A stretch of 64,000 nucleotides of DNA from Camelus ferus (taxonomy: Eukaryota). The position numbers and the translations under genes are program-made. The stretch lies in contig NC_045697.1 of the NCBI RefSeq assembly GCF_009834535.1, positions 95,296,001 to 95,360,000 on the forward strand, written 5' to 3'. Under the pieces are notes generated by a model. The model was not told where the DNA came from, did no database searches, and worked only from the letters and a program-made list of their open reading frames with translations. Positions 1 to 12,300 of the stretch are shown piece after piece (position 1 is the stretch's first letter; every line of letters begins with the position of its first letter).

Positions 1-2164
1 GTGGAACCATCATAAGAAAGCTAGAGGTCCTAACCTTACATGCAGTATAAATGATAAATGTACCATAATGCTTCCTTCTTGTGTTTTTGGCGTCCTGTAG
101 CTTTGATATATATATATTGGGTTATAGGACTCGTATCTTAAGATCGCTGACAAGACGTCTGGTGTGGTACTTTCATATTTTATGACTTATTGAACTATGA
201 TTTTAAATTTGTTCAGCACATCAACATGTTAAGTGAGGAGGCCAGAATTATTTTTCGTTACATTTCACTGAGCGGTGCATCATTTCAGAACGGCTTCATG
301 TACAGAGGCATGAAAAGAATTCTGGCTTTAAATCTACACTCATCAGACCTGAAAACAAAACAATTAAAATTAAATTATTCCCCCGGTGCCTTAAAACTAA
401 AGAGATGATTAAAAATAGCTATTTGTGAGGCAAGCGAATGTAGGGAGATCTGTTTACTGCACTGAGAGAACCTCAAAGGAATTCTTGCATGCAGTGTGCC
501 TGAAGTGATGGGTTTGAGGGACTCATTTTCATTCTCTTCAGTTTAGAAGAGCAAACAAAAACTGTTACAAAAAGAGGTTAAACAAATATAGGTACTCAGG
601 TGTATTTAGGGTTATCACAGAGCTCAAAACACTTAGTTAATTTTTTACCATTCATCTTGAATGTTTTTGTGGCTTACTTAATGTACAGTCCATAAAAACA
701 GTGACTGTTAATGCTGACAGTAGACAACCCACACTAATTCTACTATTTGACCTACACTTACACATATGCAGACCTTCATGTGTATGGATGTTAACCTGTA
801 AAACTCCTTTTGACTCAGGATCCAAACTACGATATCTGTATCCTGGAGGATATCATTCCTTTGGAAGAAAATATAAGAACTTCCAATGTTATATTATTTT
901 CAATCCAGAAAATATACAAATTAGCTATGGGGTCTTTACTCAGTGTATATATATTAGAATTTTATTATTTAGGGTTACTTGAATTAATCACTATAAGACT
1001 TTCTCCAAAGGTCTTAATAGGGCTCTGGAAAATAAATACACATCAAATATAACAAAATACTGCAAATACAAACAAGTGCACAATAAAGAAAAGAGCAGAA
1101 CTGAGTCTTCTACTCCTAAGGTTCTGATCTAAAATCTTATCATATAAGTCATAGTAAGAAGGGCAACTGACGATCAGTGAACCATATCTGGTAAGATATG
1201 AGAGAAATATTTTTAAAACCAAAATTTCCGTTAACTGTTACTTTGAAGCAGAGAAGTAGAATCAAAGAGGCCTGTGGTGTGTTGTGGTGTGGGGCCAGAA
1301 AGCCTCCGCTGTTGAAGGGAATTATATTTATATTTATAAATTTTGTTTCATACTAGGACTCTTTTTGTTAGCTCTCTTCAGATGTTACAAAAGAATTAAT
1401 GAATTATGCCCTTTGTGTGACTTAGTAATCCCATTAGAAAACAGGTATCCATTACTTTTCTAGAGAAATGACAGAAATTCTAAAATAATTTTATGGACAA
1501 TATTTCTCCATCAGCTTCCTTCCTTCTAGCTCAGTTTTTGTGTCTTCTTGCAACTCCATGCTCCCTACATTTAAAAAATGAAGCTATTATTTGAATTTAA
1601 GATAGACAAAATGGACAACCTTTCTTGGCTTAGAAGGAAAAGAGGAAAGGGCGTTCCTTCTTTTTAAGCTGTGATAACCGTTTCTACTACTGCTGTTTAA
1701 TCAGTTGCATAGCAGCTAACAGTGAAATGCGAATACTAATGAGAAGTGAGAGGACAAGTCCCACAGCGTATTTCTACTGTATTCCCTAGGCCTTTAATTT
1801 AGCTACTGGGAACGTATTTCATTTCCATTGGGCGCCCCTTACTGGCCATCCACAAATATTATGTAACTCCGTTACTGGTAATGCATGCCTTTATATTATT
1901 TAGAATATCTACTGTATTCAAATCCTACCTGCTTTAGGACTGGTTGTTCTAAAGATATCTATCCAAAACTTGGATTAATATCTATTGGTCAAGTAGAGAT
2001 CAGACTGGCAGAGATGGAATTAGTTTGGAGCATTGGACATAGAGTCAGAATTATTCTGTTTAATTATTCTTTTAATGCTTTTTAAAAAAAAGTTTAGTAT
2101 GGAATTTGTGATTGTATTTGGGTTTTTTTTTTCCACAATTAGTTTTATAATTCTCATATGATGT

Positions 2165-2395
2165 CTACTCTGATCACACTATTTAAAATGTCTTATCATT
2201 TCCTTATCCTATTCTTTTCTTTTTCATAATGGGTACCACCATCAAAAGTTCGGGATTATATAATGTAATAAATGATGATGTACTTGCATTTCTCAGCTTC
2301 AGTGCAAGCTCTGAGAGGCCATGGATCTTTGTTTTGTCACTGATTTGAGCCAAGAGCCTAGCACTCACCATGAGGTACTCAGTAAATACATTTAG
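2165..2395 (+). mobile_element. L2 LINE 3' end relic
   Basis: Degenerate L2 terminus: 'gcaagctctgagaggccatggatctttgttttgtcactgatttgagccaagagcctagcac...gtactcagtaaata' resembles recalled L2a 3' consensus. Confidence 0.7.
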
Positions 2396-2496
2396 AACAC
2401 ATCCGAGTTTGCTTGCATTAGTTTTCCTAGATAAAAGCGCTTATGTGGAGCTTATCATGCATCTGTCATGACTCTACACCTTTCAAAATACCAGTT

Positions 2497-2923
2497 TGTG
2501 CTGTACAATGCATCCTTTAACTTTTGGCATTTTAATCATGATATGTCTTGGTGTGGGTCTGTTTAGGTTTATCTTGTTTGGGACCCTGTGTGTTTTCTGT
2601 ACCTGAATATCTCTTTCCTTCTTTAGGTTTGGGAACTTTTCAGCCATAATTTCATCAAATACATTTTCAGTGCCTTCCTCTTTCTCTTCTTCTGGACTCC
2701 TATAATGTGTATGTTGGTATGCTTTCTGTTGTCTCAAAGATCCCTTAAACTATTCTCCTTTTTAAAATTTGTTTTTCTTTTTGCAGTTCTGATTGGGTGA
2801 CTTCCATTTTAGCCAATATTTCGTAACTTTAAATGAAGTATAATCTATAAAAACATTGAATAACAATGTTGTATGCCTGAAACTAATATAACACTGTAAA
2901 TCAACTATACCTCAATTAAAAAA
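2497..2923. mobile_element. 5'-inverted, internally deleted L1/HAL1-like insertion (ORF1 fragment on -, 3' terminus on +)
   Basis: Minus ORF 2483-2737 contains L1 ORF1p motifs (FDEIMAEKFPNL, IQVQKTHRVP, RPTPRHIMIKM). 2811-2923 on + is an L1 3' terminus ('cctgaaactaatataacactgtaaatcaactatacctcaattaaaaaa'). Confidence 0.85.
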
Positions 2924-2949
2924 TCAATTTATGTGATTAAAAATTTTAA

Positions 2950-3310
2950 ATATTGGAGGTAAATACAACTATTATTCACATTTTAGAAATAGAGAAACCA
3001 AGGTATAGAGAGAACTTTGTGCTGCTAAGTGTTGTAGAACAAATATGTTGAAAAAAAAAAAAAAAGCCTTGTTTGTAGTGTTTGCCTATTTCCATGATGC
3101 AAACATTCCTACCACGGCTGATTTTGAGCTACAAATGTGACATCAGCTGGCTCACAAAATTTCAAATATTTTATAATCAACTCACACACTCTGATATTAG
3201 TTGGTGCCAGCACTCCACCATAAAAAGTTACATATAAATGATCTAGGATTGCCTAGTTAGAAGTGGTAGGTTAAGGTTGTAAAGTCAGGCAAACTGTCCA
3301 TGCATAATGG
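2950..3310 (-). mobile_element. MIR SINE relic, split by MER63A
   Basis: 'attattcacattttagaaatagagaaaccaaggtatagaga' before 3016 continues after 3220 as 'taaatgatctaggattgcctagttagaagtggtag'. This matches the MIR core in reverse. Confidence 0.6.
3017..3220 (-). mobile_element. MER63A-like hAT (Blackjack) non-autonomous DNA transposon
   Basis: Reverse complement 'gagtgctggcacc...gaaattttgtgagccagctgatgtcacatttgtagctcaaaatcagccgtggtaggaatgtttgcatcatggaaataggcaaacactacaaac...cagcaca' follows recalled MER63A consensus over ~200 bp, with degenerate terminal inverted repeats. Confidence 0.75.
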
Positions 3311-4832
3311 ATCCAATGTCTGGTGAAGATTTTGAGTAGTATTCTCAAACTGCAGCAATTAACAAAATACATATTTAATTATTTTTCATGGATATTTCCC
3401 TCTAACATACTGACTTCTCCTTTGCAGCCAGTTGTCATCCTTGATTATTACAGTTACTAAAGTAGTATTCTCATTTTAACAATTATTCTTTTGTTGGATT
3501 GCATTCGTCTATAACTTATAACAATGTTTGGTTAGCAAAGTCATTGTTACACTTTTTTTTTTCTTTGAAAAGTACTGCTCTACTTAGCACTAATATTTTA
3601 GTGTTGGGAGAACTATCTATCTTGAAGGATGTATTAGATACATCCATTTCAAATCCCTTAGTACATATTGCAGCAGAATAAAGTAGGCATTTGAAAATTT
3701 GAATCAAAATATAAATAGTAGATAGTCAAACTGAATCTCAAGGGTGAGAAGATGGAGGACATTTGAATCATATTACCAGATGTTCAGCCTCTACTGTGAA
3801 TTCAAAAACAAAAAAAAAAAAAGATGGTTAATTAGAAAAATTGAGGTCACCATACATTTTAAAAATACAATTCAGAACTCCATCTCATAAGCAGATGCAA
3901 CTCTGAAATTTAAAAGTGTATTAAACCTAAAACACTGTAAGAAAAAAAAATAGAACTAGCTTGATTTTTTTCAACTTACAGAAGAATTTCACCTATATGA
4001 AACTGACTTTTTATTCTCTTTTATTTAACATGGCAGATTTCCATTATTTAGTATTTCAGCTATAGCCACAATAACCAATCCAGGTATCAAAAATCCAATC
4101 ATGCCATTTTTAGTATGCTGTGGTCCCTACAATCCAATGCATTAATGGTTAGACAGGGAGAGGATTCACTATTAAATCCTTCTTTTTGAATCAGTTTCAG
4201 ATAGTTTTATTTCCAAAACTGTTGAAGCAAAGGCATTAATTATACATTTCCATTATGACAGAGCCCGTATCAGCAGTCACTAAGGCATAATTTCTTTAGA
4301 AAGCAATGCAACCTGTTCTCTGATCAGGTTTTGTTTCCCACAGGGAGGTATCCGTCTTAAATTACATAGCAAGCAGGCAACAGAAAGGAAGCAAACAGTA
4401 AGCACTTCCCATGGGAGGCAGAATGAGGACTTAACTTGAGGTGTTCTATTAAATAAAATTCTGTATTTCCGTAGGTTATTTCCATTCACACACACACACA
4501 CATACACATAATACAGAGAGAATATGTTCAAGATATTTGTTAATTTGATTTTATTCCTATTTATTATTTTACTTTAGATGCTACATTTTTATTTGTCATT
4601 TCAGGATCATTAAAGTTTCTTTTTATTTCTTCTGAAAAACAAAAGGTGGAGTAAGGTGATTATTACATCACAAGGACTTTTTTTTCTCTTGAGACAAACA
4701 GTTGTTTAATAAAAGTAAGAGAAGCAACATACTATCTTACCCCAATATTCTGTATTTCCCTTTATTAATTAATAATTTAGTGTAATAAAAAATAGCTATT
4801 AATTCATCAGACTAATGGAGAGGCCAGTACTT

Positions 4833-6062
4833 GATAAACTCCCAGAAATAATGTAGGAGAAAATCTAGATGACCTTGGGTATGTTGATGACTTTTTAGAT
4901 ATAACACCAAAGGCATGAGTCATGAAAGAAATAATTAATTAGTTGGACTTCATTAAAATTAAAAACTTCTGCTTTACAAAAGACACTGCCAAGAGAATGA
5001 AAAAATAGGCCACAAACTAGGAGAAAGTGTTTGCAAAAGAGATCCAAAATATGTAAAGAACACTTATTATAAATTTATGAAACAAAGTATATCCATAAAA
5101 ACTCTCAACAAGAAAGTGAACAACCTGGCCAAAAATGGACAAAAGACTTAAACAGATACCTCATCGAAGGAGCTATATAGACAGAAAAGAAGCACATGAA
5201 AAGGTGTTCCACATCGTATGTCATGAGGGAAGTGCAAATTAAAATTATAAAATACCACTACACACCTATTAAAATGATCAAGTGACAACATCAAATGTTG
5301 ATGAGGAAATGAAACAACAGAAATTATCATTACCGCATTATCCAGCAATCAAGCTTCTTGGCATTTACCCAAATGAGTGGAAATCTTAGGCCTATTGAAA
5401 CAACTTGCACATAGATATTTATAGCAGCTTTATTTATAATTGTCAAAACTTGGAAGCAGCAAAGATGTCCTTCAGCAGAGGAATGGATAAATAATTGTGG
5501 TAGATCCAGACAATAGAATATTATCTAGCACTGAAAAGAAATGAGCTATCAAGCCCTAGAAAGACGTGGAGGACCTTAAATGTACATTACTAAATGAAAG
5601 AAGCCAATCAGAAATGGCTACATGCTGTGTGATGCCAACTCTATGACATTCTGGAAAAGGTAAAACTATGGAGACAATAAAAAGATAGTGGTTTCCAGAT
5701 GATAAGGGAAAAGCAGGGATGAATAGACAGAACACAGAGGATTTTTAGGAGAGTGATTCTCTTCTGTATAACTCTATAAAGGTGGATATGTCATTATGCA
5801 TTTGTCCAAACCCATAGAGTATATAACAGCAAGCGTGAACCCTAATGTAAACAATAGAATTTGAGTGTTTATGATGTGTCAACGTAGACTCATCAGTTGT
5901 ATCAAATGTACCACTCTGGTGAGAGATGTTAAGAATCAGAGAGGCGTGTGTGGCTGTGTGTGTTGGTGTGTGCACGCATGCACAGGGGGTACACAGGAAT
6001 TCTGTGTACTTTATGCTCAATTTTGCTGTGAACCTAAAACTACTCGTAAAAAAAAATCTATT
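4833..6062 (+). mobile_element. L1MC1/2-like LINE-1, 5'-truncated (ORF2 C-terminus plus 3' UTR)
   Basis: ORF2-type text 'ttggacttcattaaaattaaaaacttctgc'. L1MC 3' UTR hallmarks 'catttgtccaaacccatagag...gtgaaccctaatgtaaac' and 'caattttgctgtgaacctaaaactact'. Confidence 0.9.
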
Positions 6063-6829
6063 TACTTGGGGGGGGGGGGTAGGGTGCAGGGTAGTGTTTT
6101 CCCTAATAAGCCATCACAAAACTGCCACAACTACCAAGAACACAGCTACCTGGAAACACTTTCTGCAGCAGCAGCAAGATGAAAGCAGAAAAGGCATCTT
6201 AACGCAATAAACTCTTCACCTCTTCACCCATACAACTTAATTGATATGGATACTTTACCTATATAAAAAATATGAAGCCCCCCAACCTAGTCTATTTACT
6301 CAAATATTCAGAAAATCACTTGAAGATGTAGACTTCTGGTCTCTAAGACAAACAAGATGTTAAAGCACTACAAACTTTTCCTGAAACAAGAAAAGGGAGT
6401 CTTAAGTTTATCTGCTATGGAATTCTGATGTTTCTCTCCTGCAGGGTATCTCCTCGTGTCACCTCTGTAAACATGGCACTTTCAGCAGTAAAGCCTTTCT
6501 TGATGGTGACTGCAGGTCAGGGAAGTTGAGTAAATAATTCACTGGGAGCCTCAACCTTTCATTCTATTCATCAACAAACGGTCGGAGAAGATATAAAGCT
6601 ATAAAATATGAACATAAGGATTCAAGTGGCAGGACATTTTAAGAGAGCATTTCAACACTGATTTGTGTGCTAATCCATGAGTCTCACTATAAACTTACTT
6701 CCCATTTGGCGCTGTCTAAACCAACAGACAAGGATAAATAGCAGATCTCTACTGCAAGGATAACATTATTTTAAAAAATCAGGAAAAGGAGCACTCCCCG
6801 TCCATGAGAACACTGTACCACTGTTCTGT

Positions 6830-7090
6830 ACCATCAAGACCTGGTTGCTAAGTTATACTGCGGAGCAAACCAAACATCCAAAATATCAGTGGCTTCAAAC
6901 CAAAAGAGATTATTTTTACCCACATGTCCTTTCCAAGTGCAAAGCTATTGGCAGGAAGGACTCTGATGATCCTAGTTATTCAAGTATTCAGATTAGAGGA
7001 TCTATAATGATGCATGGTTCCACATCTCTTCAGCAGAAAAAGGGAAACTGAATAAGGTTTGCTCTCTCTTACCATTTCTGTCCAGTGGTG
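6830..7090 (-). mobile_element. Old MaLR LTR fragment (MLT1J/K/L-like)
   Basis: 'gctaagttatactgcggagcaaaccaaacatccaaaatatcagtggcttcaaaccaaaagagattattttt' resembles the reverse-complemented MLT1 terminus. Confidence 0.6.
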
Positions 7091-7769
7091 AACGGAGGGC
7101 TCTACCGCTTTCTGCTCTTGAGTCTAGAAGTCTTATTCTTCAGGAAGACTGAATCCCAACTGTTCTGAAAATGACGTTTCGGTTTGATGTAGAGTGTAGT
7201 TAATGGATCCTTGATCCAAAGAATTGGGTTTTTGTTTGTTTGCCTGCTTGCTTTTTTTCAACAATCCCTTTTGTGTATCTGCATATATTGCAATGAGAAG
7301 GGCCTCAAGATATAAATATTTAACTTCTTTCTGACATATGACTTATTAACCATATATGTGAATCTTCAGGGACCACCTTTCCCAACCTTTTCAGGTTCTT
7401 TAGGATCTAACATTCTAATGTGAGAAGTTGTCATTAAATCATTCAGTGTTCCTATAAGCAGCTACTTTCTTTATATGTTTTAGAGAGACAAATCTTACCA
7501 GATTTTAATTGAAGATACAAATATGAACTTGCATTTAATTAGTAGATGCATAAAATAGCTTATCTACTTAATAGATCTATAGCAAATATCTGCTATACAT
7601 TAAATCTGCTAATATTTCCACTTTTTAATCACAATATATCTTCTTGGAAATTTTGACACATTTTTATTGAAGACTAATGCTGCTGGATTACTAAAAATAT
7701 TGAGAATGAAACCAAATCTTGCCAGGTCCAGCCTAGAATTGATTACTGAAGTGCTCACATTCAAGTACA

Positions 7770-7975
7770 TTGGAAATGGATACAGATGCATTTGTATCCA
7801 GTTCCACTGATCACTGCTTGTGTGAAATTAATGAATCTCCTTAGACCCTCTCAGCTCAGTTTTGCCTTTATAGATACAATAGTATTTACATCTCAGAGCT
7901 ATTTTGAAGCTTAAAGTAAGAATGTTTCCATGACAGTTCTCAGAAGAAAGTAGGCACTAAGTAAATATTATCAAT
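7770..7975 (+). mobile_element. MIR SINE relic
   Basis: Degenerate core and tail: 'ctctcagctcagttttgcc...aatagtatttacatctcagagctattttgaagcttaaag...taggcactaagtaaatatta'. Confidence 0.6.
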
Positions 7976-9689
7976 TTTAATTATTCCTCAGTATTATAAC
8001 AATGAGCTTGCTCAGATCAGCTCAGGAACACCTCCTACACGTCATCCCTCTCAACCTCCACCACACAGGAAAGTAAAAGAAGCAGGAGATGTTTGAGAAG
8101 GGATTCAAGGATGGCAGCCTAGACTAACAGCCTGCATCCCTTAAAATGAACAAAGTCCATCAAGATAAAACAATGTGAGTGAACATTTATTGAATGCCTA
8201 CTATAGAAAGAGTACTTTGCTAAGAGTCACCCAAAAAGTTAATGATACCTCTCAGAAAGAGAGACAGATCTTACCAATTGTAGAGAGGACTGGCTCAAAC
8301 ATTCTGGGAGTAACCCAAAAGTCCTGCTGAATGCTTTTGGTTAACGGAGTCATTTTAATTGTGATCGCCTTACTTGCACTGGCCTGGTATCAGAGAACCT
8401 AATTTAGTTTCTAATTCTTTAGGCATAGAACCAACTACAGAATCCAGGACTCCCGAGTCCCAGTGAGGTGCACTTTCCATTACGTCTTGCAGCTGTAGGA
8501 ATAAAAGAGAACAGTAAATGCTACTTGAATTTCATGATTTCAAATATCCAGTAAAGATGAATTCACTTGCTGCACCTGCTTGTTGTTTCATCATTCCATT
8601 TCCTATCTCCCTTGCGAATTGGCCCAGAGACATAACACCTATTTAAAATGATTGGATCTTGAAAAAAATGTAAATTGATATTTCATACCCCATAGGTTCT
8701 TCTGCAATGGTAATATCTGTGGTATATGCACACTGCAAATTAAATCATTTTTTAAGCTAGCATAGGGTCTGTCTAATAAAAACCCTTATGAAATCCCACT
8801 GTGTCTGCTCAGTGGCATCTTTTTGCTGTGAAGCATTAGGCTTTTAAAAAGCAACTGAACAAATGTGATTGATTATCAGTTCACTTGCCAGACTCTACAT
8901 TGAAATTAAAGAAAGTAAAAGCTCTTTTATGAAAGTGATATAACCACCTGCAATATTAAACCAATAAAATATGTGTTCAGCTGTTTGTGAACTGTCTTGA
9001 CCCAGATGGTATAAAGGAGCCTCCTAGAATGCAGAAGGCTTATATAGTAACTGATCAATCTTTCCTAACTGTGGCAAAGCAGTAAAAAGCATTCCAAATT
9101 GACTAAAAGGTCAAAACACTCTGAAAGAATTCCATCATTGAAGCAAATATGAAGTTAGCCACACTTGTGACAAGCAGAACAAATGAAAAAGTGCAGCCTA
9201 TTAGTTTGTACTTGGGAGACATTCTAAGAATTATCAACTCATTAAAAACAAGTTCCCACTGCCTGACAATAACAAAACTAGATTTGATTGAGCATTAATT
9301 TGTTTTTCTGCTTATCTAAATATTAGCCAATGCCCTGGTGAGTTTGAATGAGCTGATACACTTCTCTGCAAATGGCTGTGTTACCTACAAACATCTCACT
9401 TTTACTTAAAGTCTCCGTAGAATCCATTTTCAATGGCTACAGATAATATTTGTGTATACTCCTTTGTTTAAGAAACATAAACACAACCAAATGAATGCAA
9501 GGCTTTCTAATAAAAGTTACCTTGGGATTCCGTTTACAGAGAAGTAAGTCTGGGCTTGGATGGACCTGTCCAATAGAGCTGTTCTCTTTGGCAGGAAAGA
9601 TTTCAGCAGCAGCAAATATAAGATAGTCTAGAATAGCAAGCTATCAATGTCAGTCTTCTATCTATAGGTTACCAGCTTTTTCCTGGGTT

Positions 9690-9910
9690 GATGAGAAGTA
9701 TTAAACAGCATGTAGCTGAGGGTTACTTAAGCCTATCTGTCTGGGTGATAGTTGAAGGTCATGACTTGAGTAGGAGGACCATGTTTTAAAAAGATAACAA
9801 CTTTGTCCTGGACAGAGTGATTGGATAGGGGAAAGATGGACAAGCTGAAATGTGGGAAGCAGTCAATAACAGGTTACTAAAATGGGTATAACTCAGAGAG
9901 CTGGTTTCAA
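9690..9910 (-). mobile_element. L2 internal relic
   Basis: Purine-rich 'atgttttaaaaagataacaactttgtcctggacagagtgattggataggggaaagatggacaag' is typical of antisense L2. Confidence 0.45.
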
Positions 9911-11182
9911 CGAAGAGAAATATTTCTTATTGTATGGGAATCATGGAATAAGTTTAAATCAGCGGCAAGAGCAGCAGACAAATCAGTTGGTTTACTTGGT
10001 CCCTGGGGCTAGCTTAGGTTTGGACCTTTGATGTGGTTTCTGCAGCCTCACTCCTGTAATGTGTAGGGACTGTGGCAGGCATCAAAGTAAGCTTTTGGCA
10101 CAGAAGAACTGCATTTATTCCATTTATAGTAAACCACTCTTTACCTTTGTGTGTGTGTGCACATTTTCTCTTGGAATTGCTTTATACAACTGCTATCCAC
10201 TGATTGCTTGAACAACCTAGATTAGGACAAAACTTTATTTCACATAAATAAATTCAATTTCTGAAACAAATTCCGTCAACAATGTGAATCATAAAGCCAC
10301 GTAACTCTCTTTGTGAATAAATATAAAACAAAAATGGTAGAGAAAGATTATGTGACAGAGGAAGAGAAATAAAAAATACTTAAGCTTAATATTCTGGGAA
10401 TTTCATGAATTACTGCTTAGGAAATTCCAAGGTAAAAGTTCAAAAATGTTTAATCAATGACTACATGATCATGAAATATAGAGGAGGTCTCTGAAACGGC
10501 AAATTTGTTTGAAAACAAATTCTGGTAATGATGATAAAACACCTCCATTCTGTATAATTGCACCATAAATATCTGGAATTCTATGCCAAATTTGTAGCAA
10601 ATGAGCTACAATGTTGTCTTCTACCTCCAAACTTGGTATGATCACAATGCATTCCGTTAAATACTATCAACAAAAATATGGCAACAAATTTAATATATTA
10701 AAATTAAGGTTGTCTCTCTTTAAGAATTATTTATTCATATATGGAATAAATATCCAAGAACAAATGCAGAATAATGATCCTCCTGAAAGGCATATTTTCA
10801 GTCATAGGTTCTGAGTTTTTCTTCAAATGTGTGTATTGTCAGAGTTGGTACCTCTGGAGAGCCCTTTCCCATCCGATGATGTTTGTGGTTATAGCAGTGT
10901 TGCCCTATACATGAGCACCCTCTACTGACACATTCTGGTGACCCACTCCTATTACTGTAGGAAGGATTGATTTGAAATATCCCCTGCTATATTTTAGGTA
11001 TATGCTTGCATATGTGATGTGTACTAACACAGAATAAATATTTACAAACTGCAATATCATCTCAAGAACTTAGCTCAAGGCACTCTGTTAATATTTGTCT
11101 CATCTTTTAAAATAGCAAACAAAATGACAAAAACTAAGTATTTCCCTGTTTAACATTTTAAAAGTCGTCGTTTAATTTATAA

Positions 11183-11691
11183 TTGAATTAGTTTTCTATT
11201 GCTACTATACAGCAAATTGCTGCAAACTTAGGAGCTTCAAACACTTCCAAGTTATTATTTTGCTATTCTGTAGGTCAGGAGTCTGACAAGGGTCACACTG
11301 GGCTAAAATCAAGGGCTGCACTCCTTTTGGGTGGCTCTGGGGGAGAGTGTGTTTTACTTTGTTTTGTTTTTGCTGTTTCCAGCTCCTAGAGGATGCCCAC
11401 ATTCCTTGGCTCACAGCCTCCTTCCTCCATCTGCAAATTCAGCAAAGATGCATCTCTCTGAACCTTCCTCCCAAAGTCACATCTTCTGACTCTCCCCTCC
11501 ACCTCCCCCTACCATTTTTAAGATCCCTTGTGATGTCATTATTTCTACCCAGATAATCCAGGATAATCTTCTTATTTTAAGATAAGCTAACTAGCAATCT
11601 TAATCTTCCTTTGCCATGGACCCTAACATATTCACAAATTCTGGGGATTAGGATGTGGACATTATTGGGGAGATCTTCATTTTATGTACCA
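11183..11691 (-). mobile_element. MLT1D-like MaLR solo LTR
   Basis: 'attagttttctattgct...gctaaaatcaag...tttccagctcctagaggatgcccacattccttggctc...cccagataatccaggataatct...attcacaaattctggggattaggatgtggacat'. Length ~510 bp. Confidence 0.88.
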
Positions 11692-12079
11692 ATAATCACT
11701 TTGTAAATATAAAAATATCTATTATATATTTAGAAAAATGCATATCTTCACATTAATATCTGAAAAAAATTTGCCAAATTTTCAGTATTTGCTCAAATAG
11801 TAGTACTCAAATTTCTTAATATAAATGTTTTCTTCACTTTAGAATGTGCAAAAATAAAAATATGATGGAGGAGACAGAGTGAAGTCTTAAAGAGAAGAAA
11901 AGTGGAATTAAAAACTCTATCTCATTACAATTAAAATGTTCAGGATTTCTAAGATGAAGATACAGTCTGGGAATTTTACTTCACATGTAATACAAACCAA
12001 ATATACTTTAAGTGATTACATAGGTAAAACAATAACTTTGTCTTTTTAATTTTTATTGCTTTTTGAAATTTTGTGGCTG

Positions 12080-12300
12080 GGATATTATGGAAACATGGTA
12101 AAGAATATAAACAGTTATTAGTCAGATTGCTTCTTTTTGATCTCTGCTTTATAATACACCAGAGGTGTTATCTTAAGCAAGTTCTTAACCTCTCCTGTGC
12201 TCAGATATTAAATCTGTAAGATGGAGACAATAATTGTAATGTCTGTCTCAAAGGATTGGTATGATAATTAAATAAAATTATCTATCAAATGTTACTACTT
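12080..12300 (+). mobile_element. MIR SINE
   Basis: Core 'tgttatcttaagcaagttcttaacctctcctgtgctcag...atctgtaagatggagacaataattgta'. Confidence 0.75.

Noticed and set aside
7073..7164. Minus-strand pseudo-exon (ttttcAG ... ATG|GTAAGA)
   Set aside because: Stops in all three frames, weak polypyrimidine tract, and it abuts an LTR relic.
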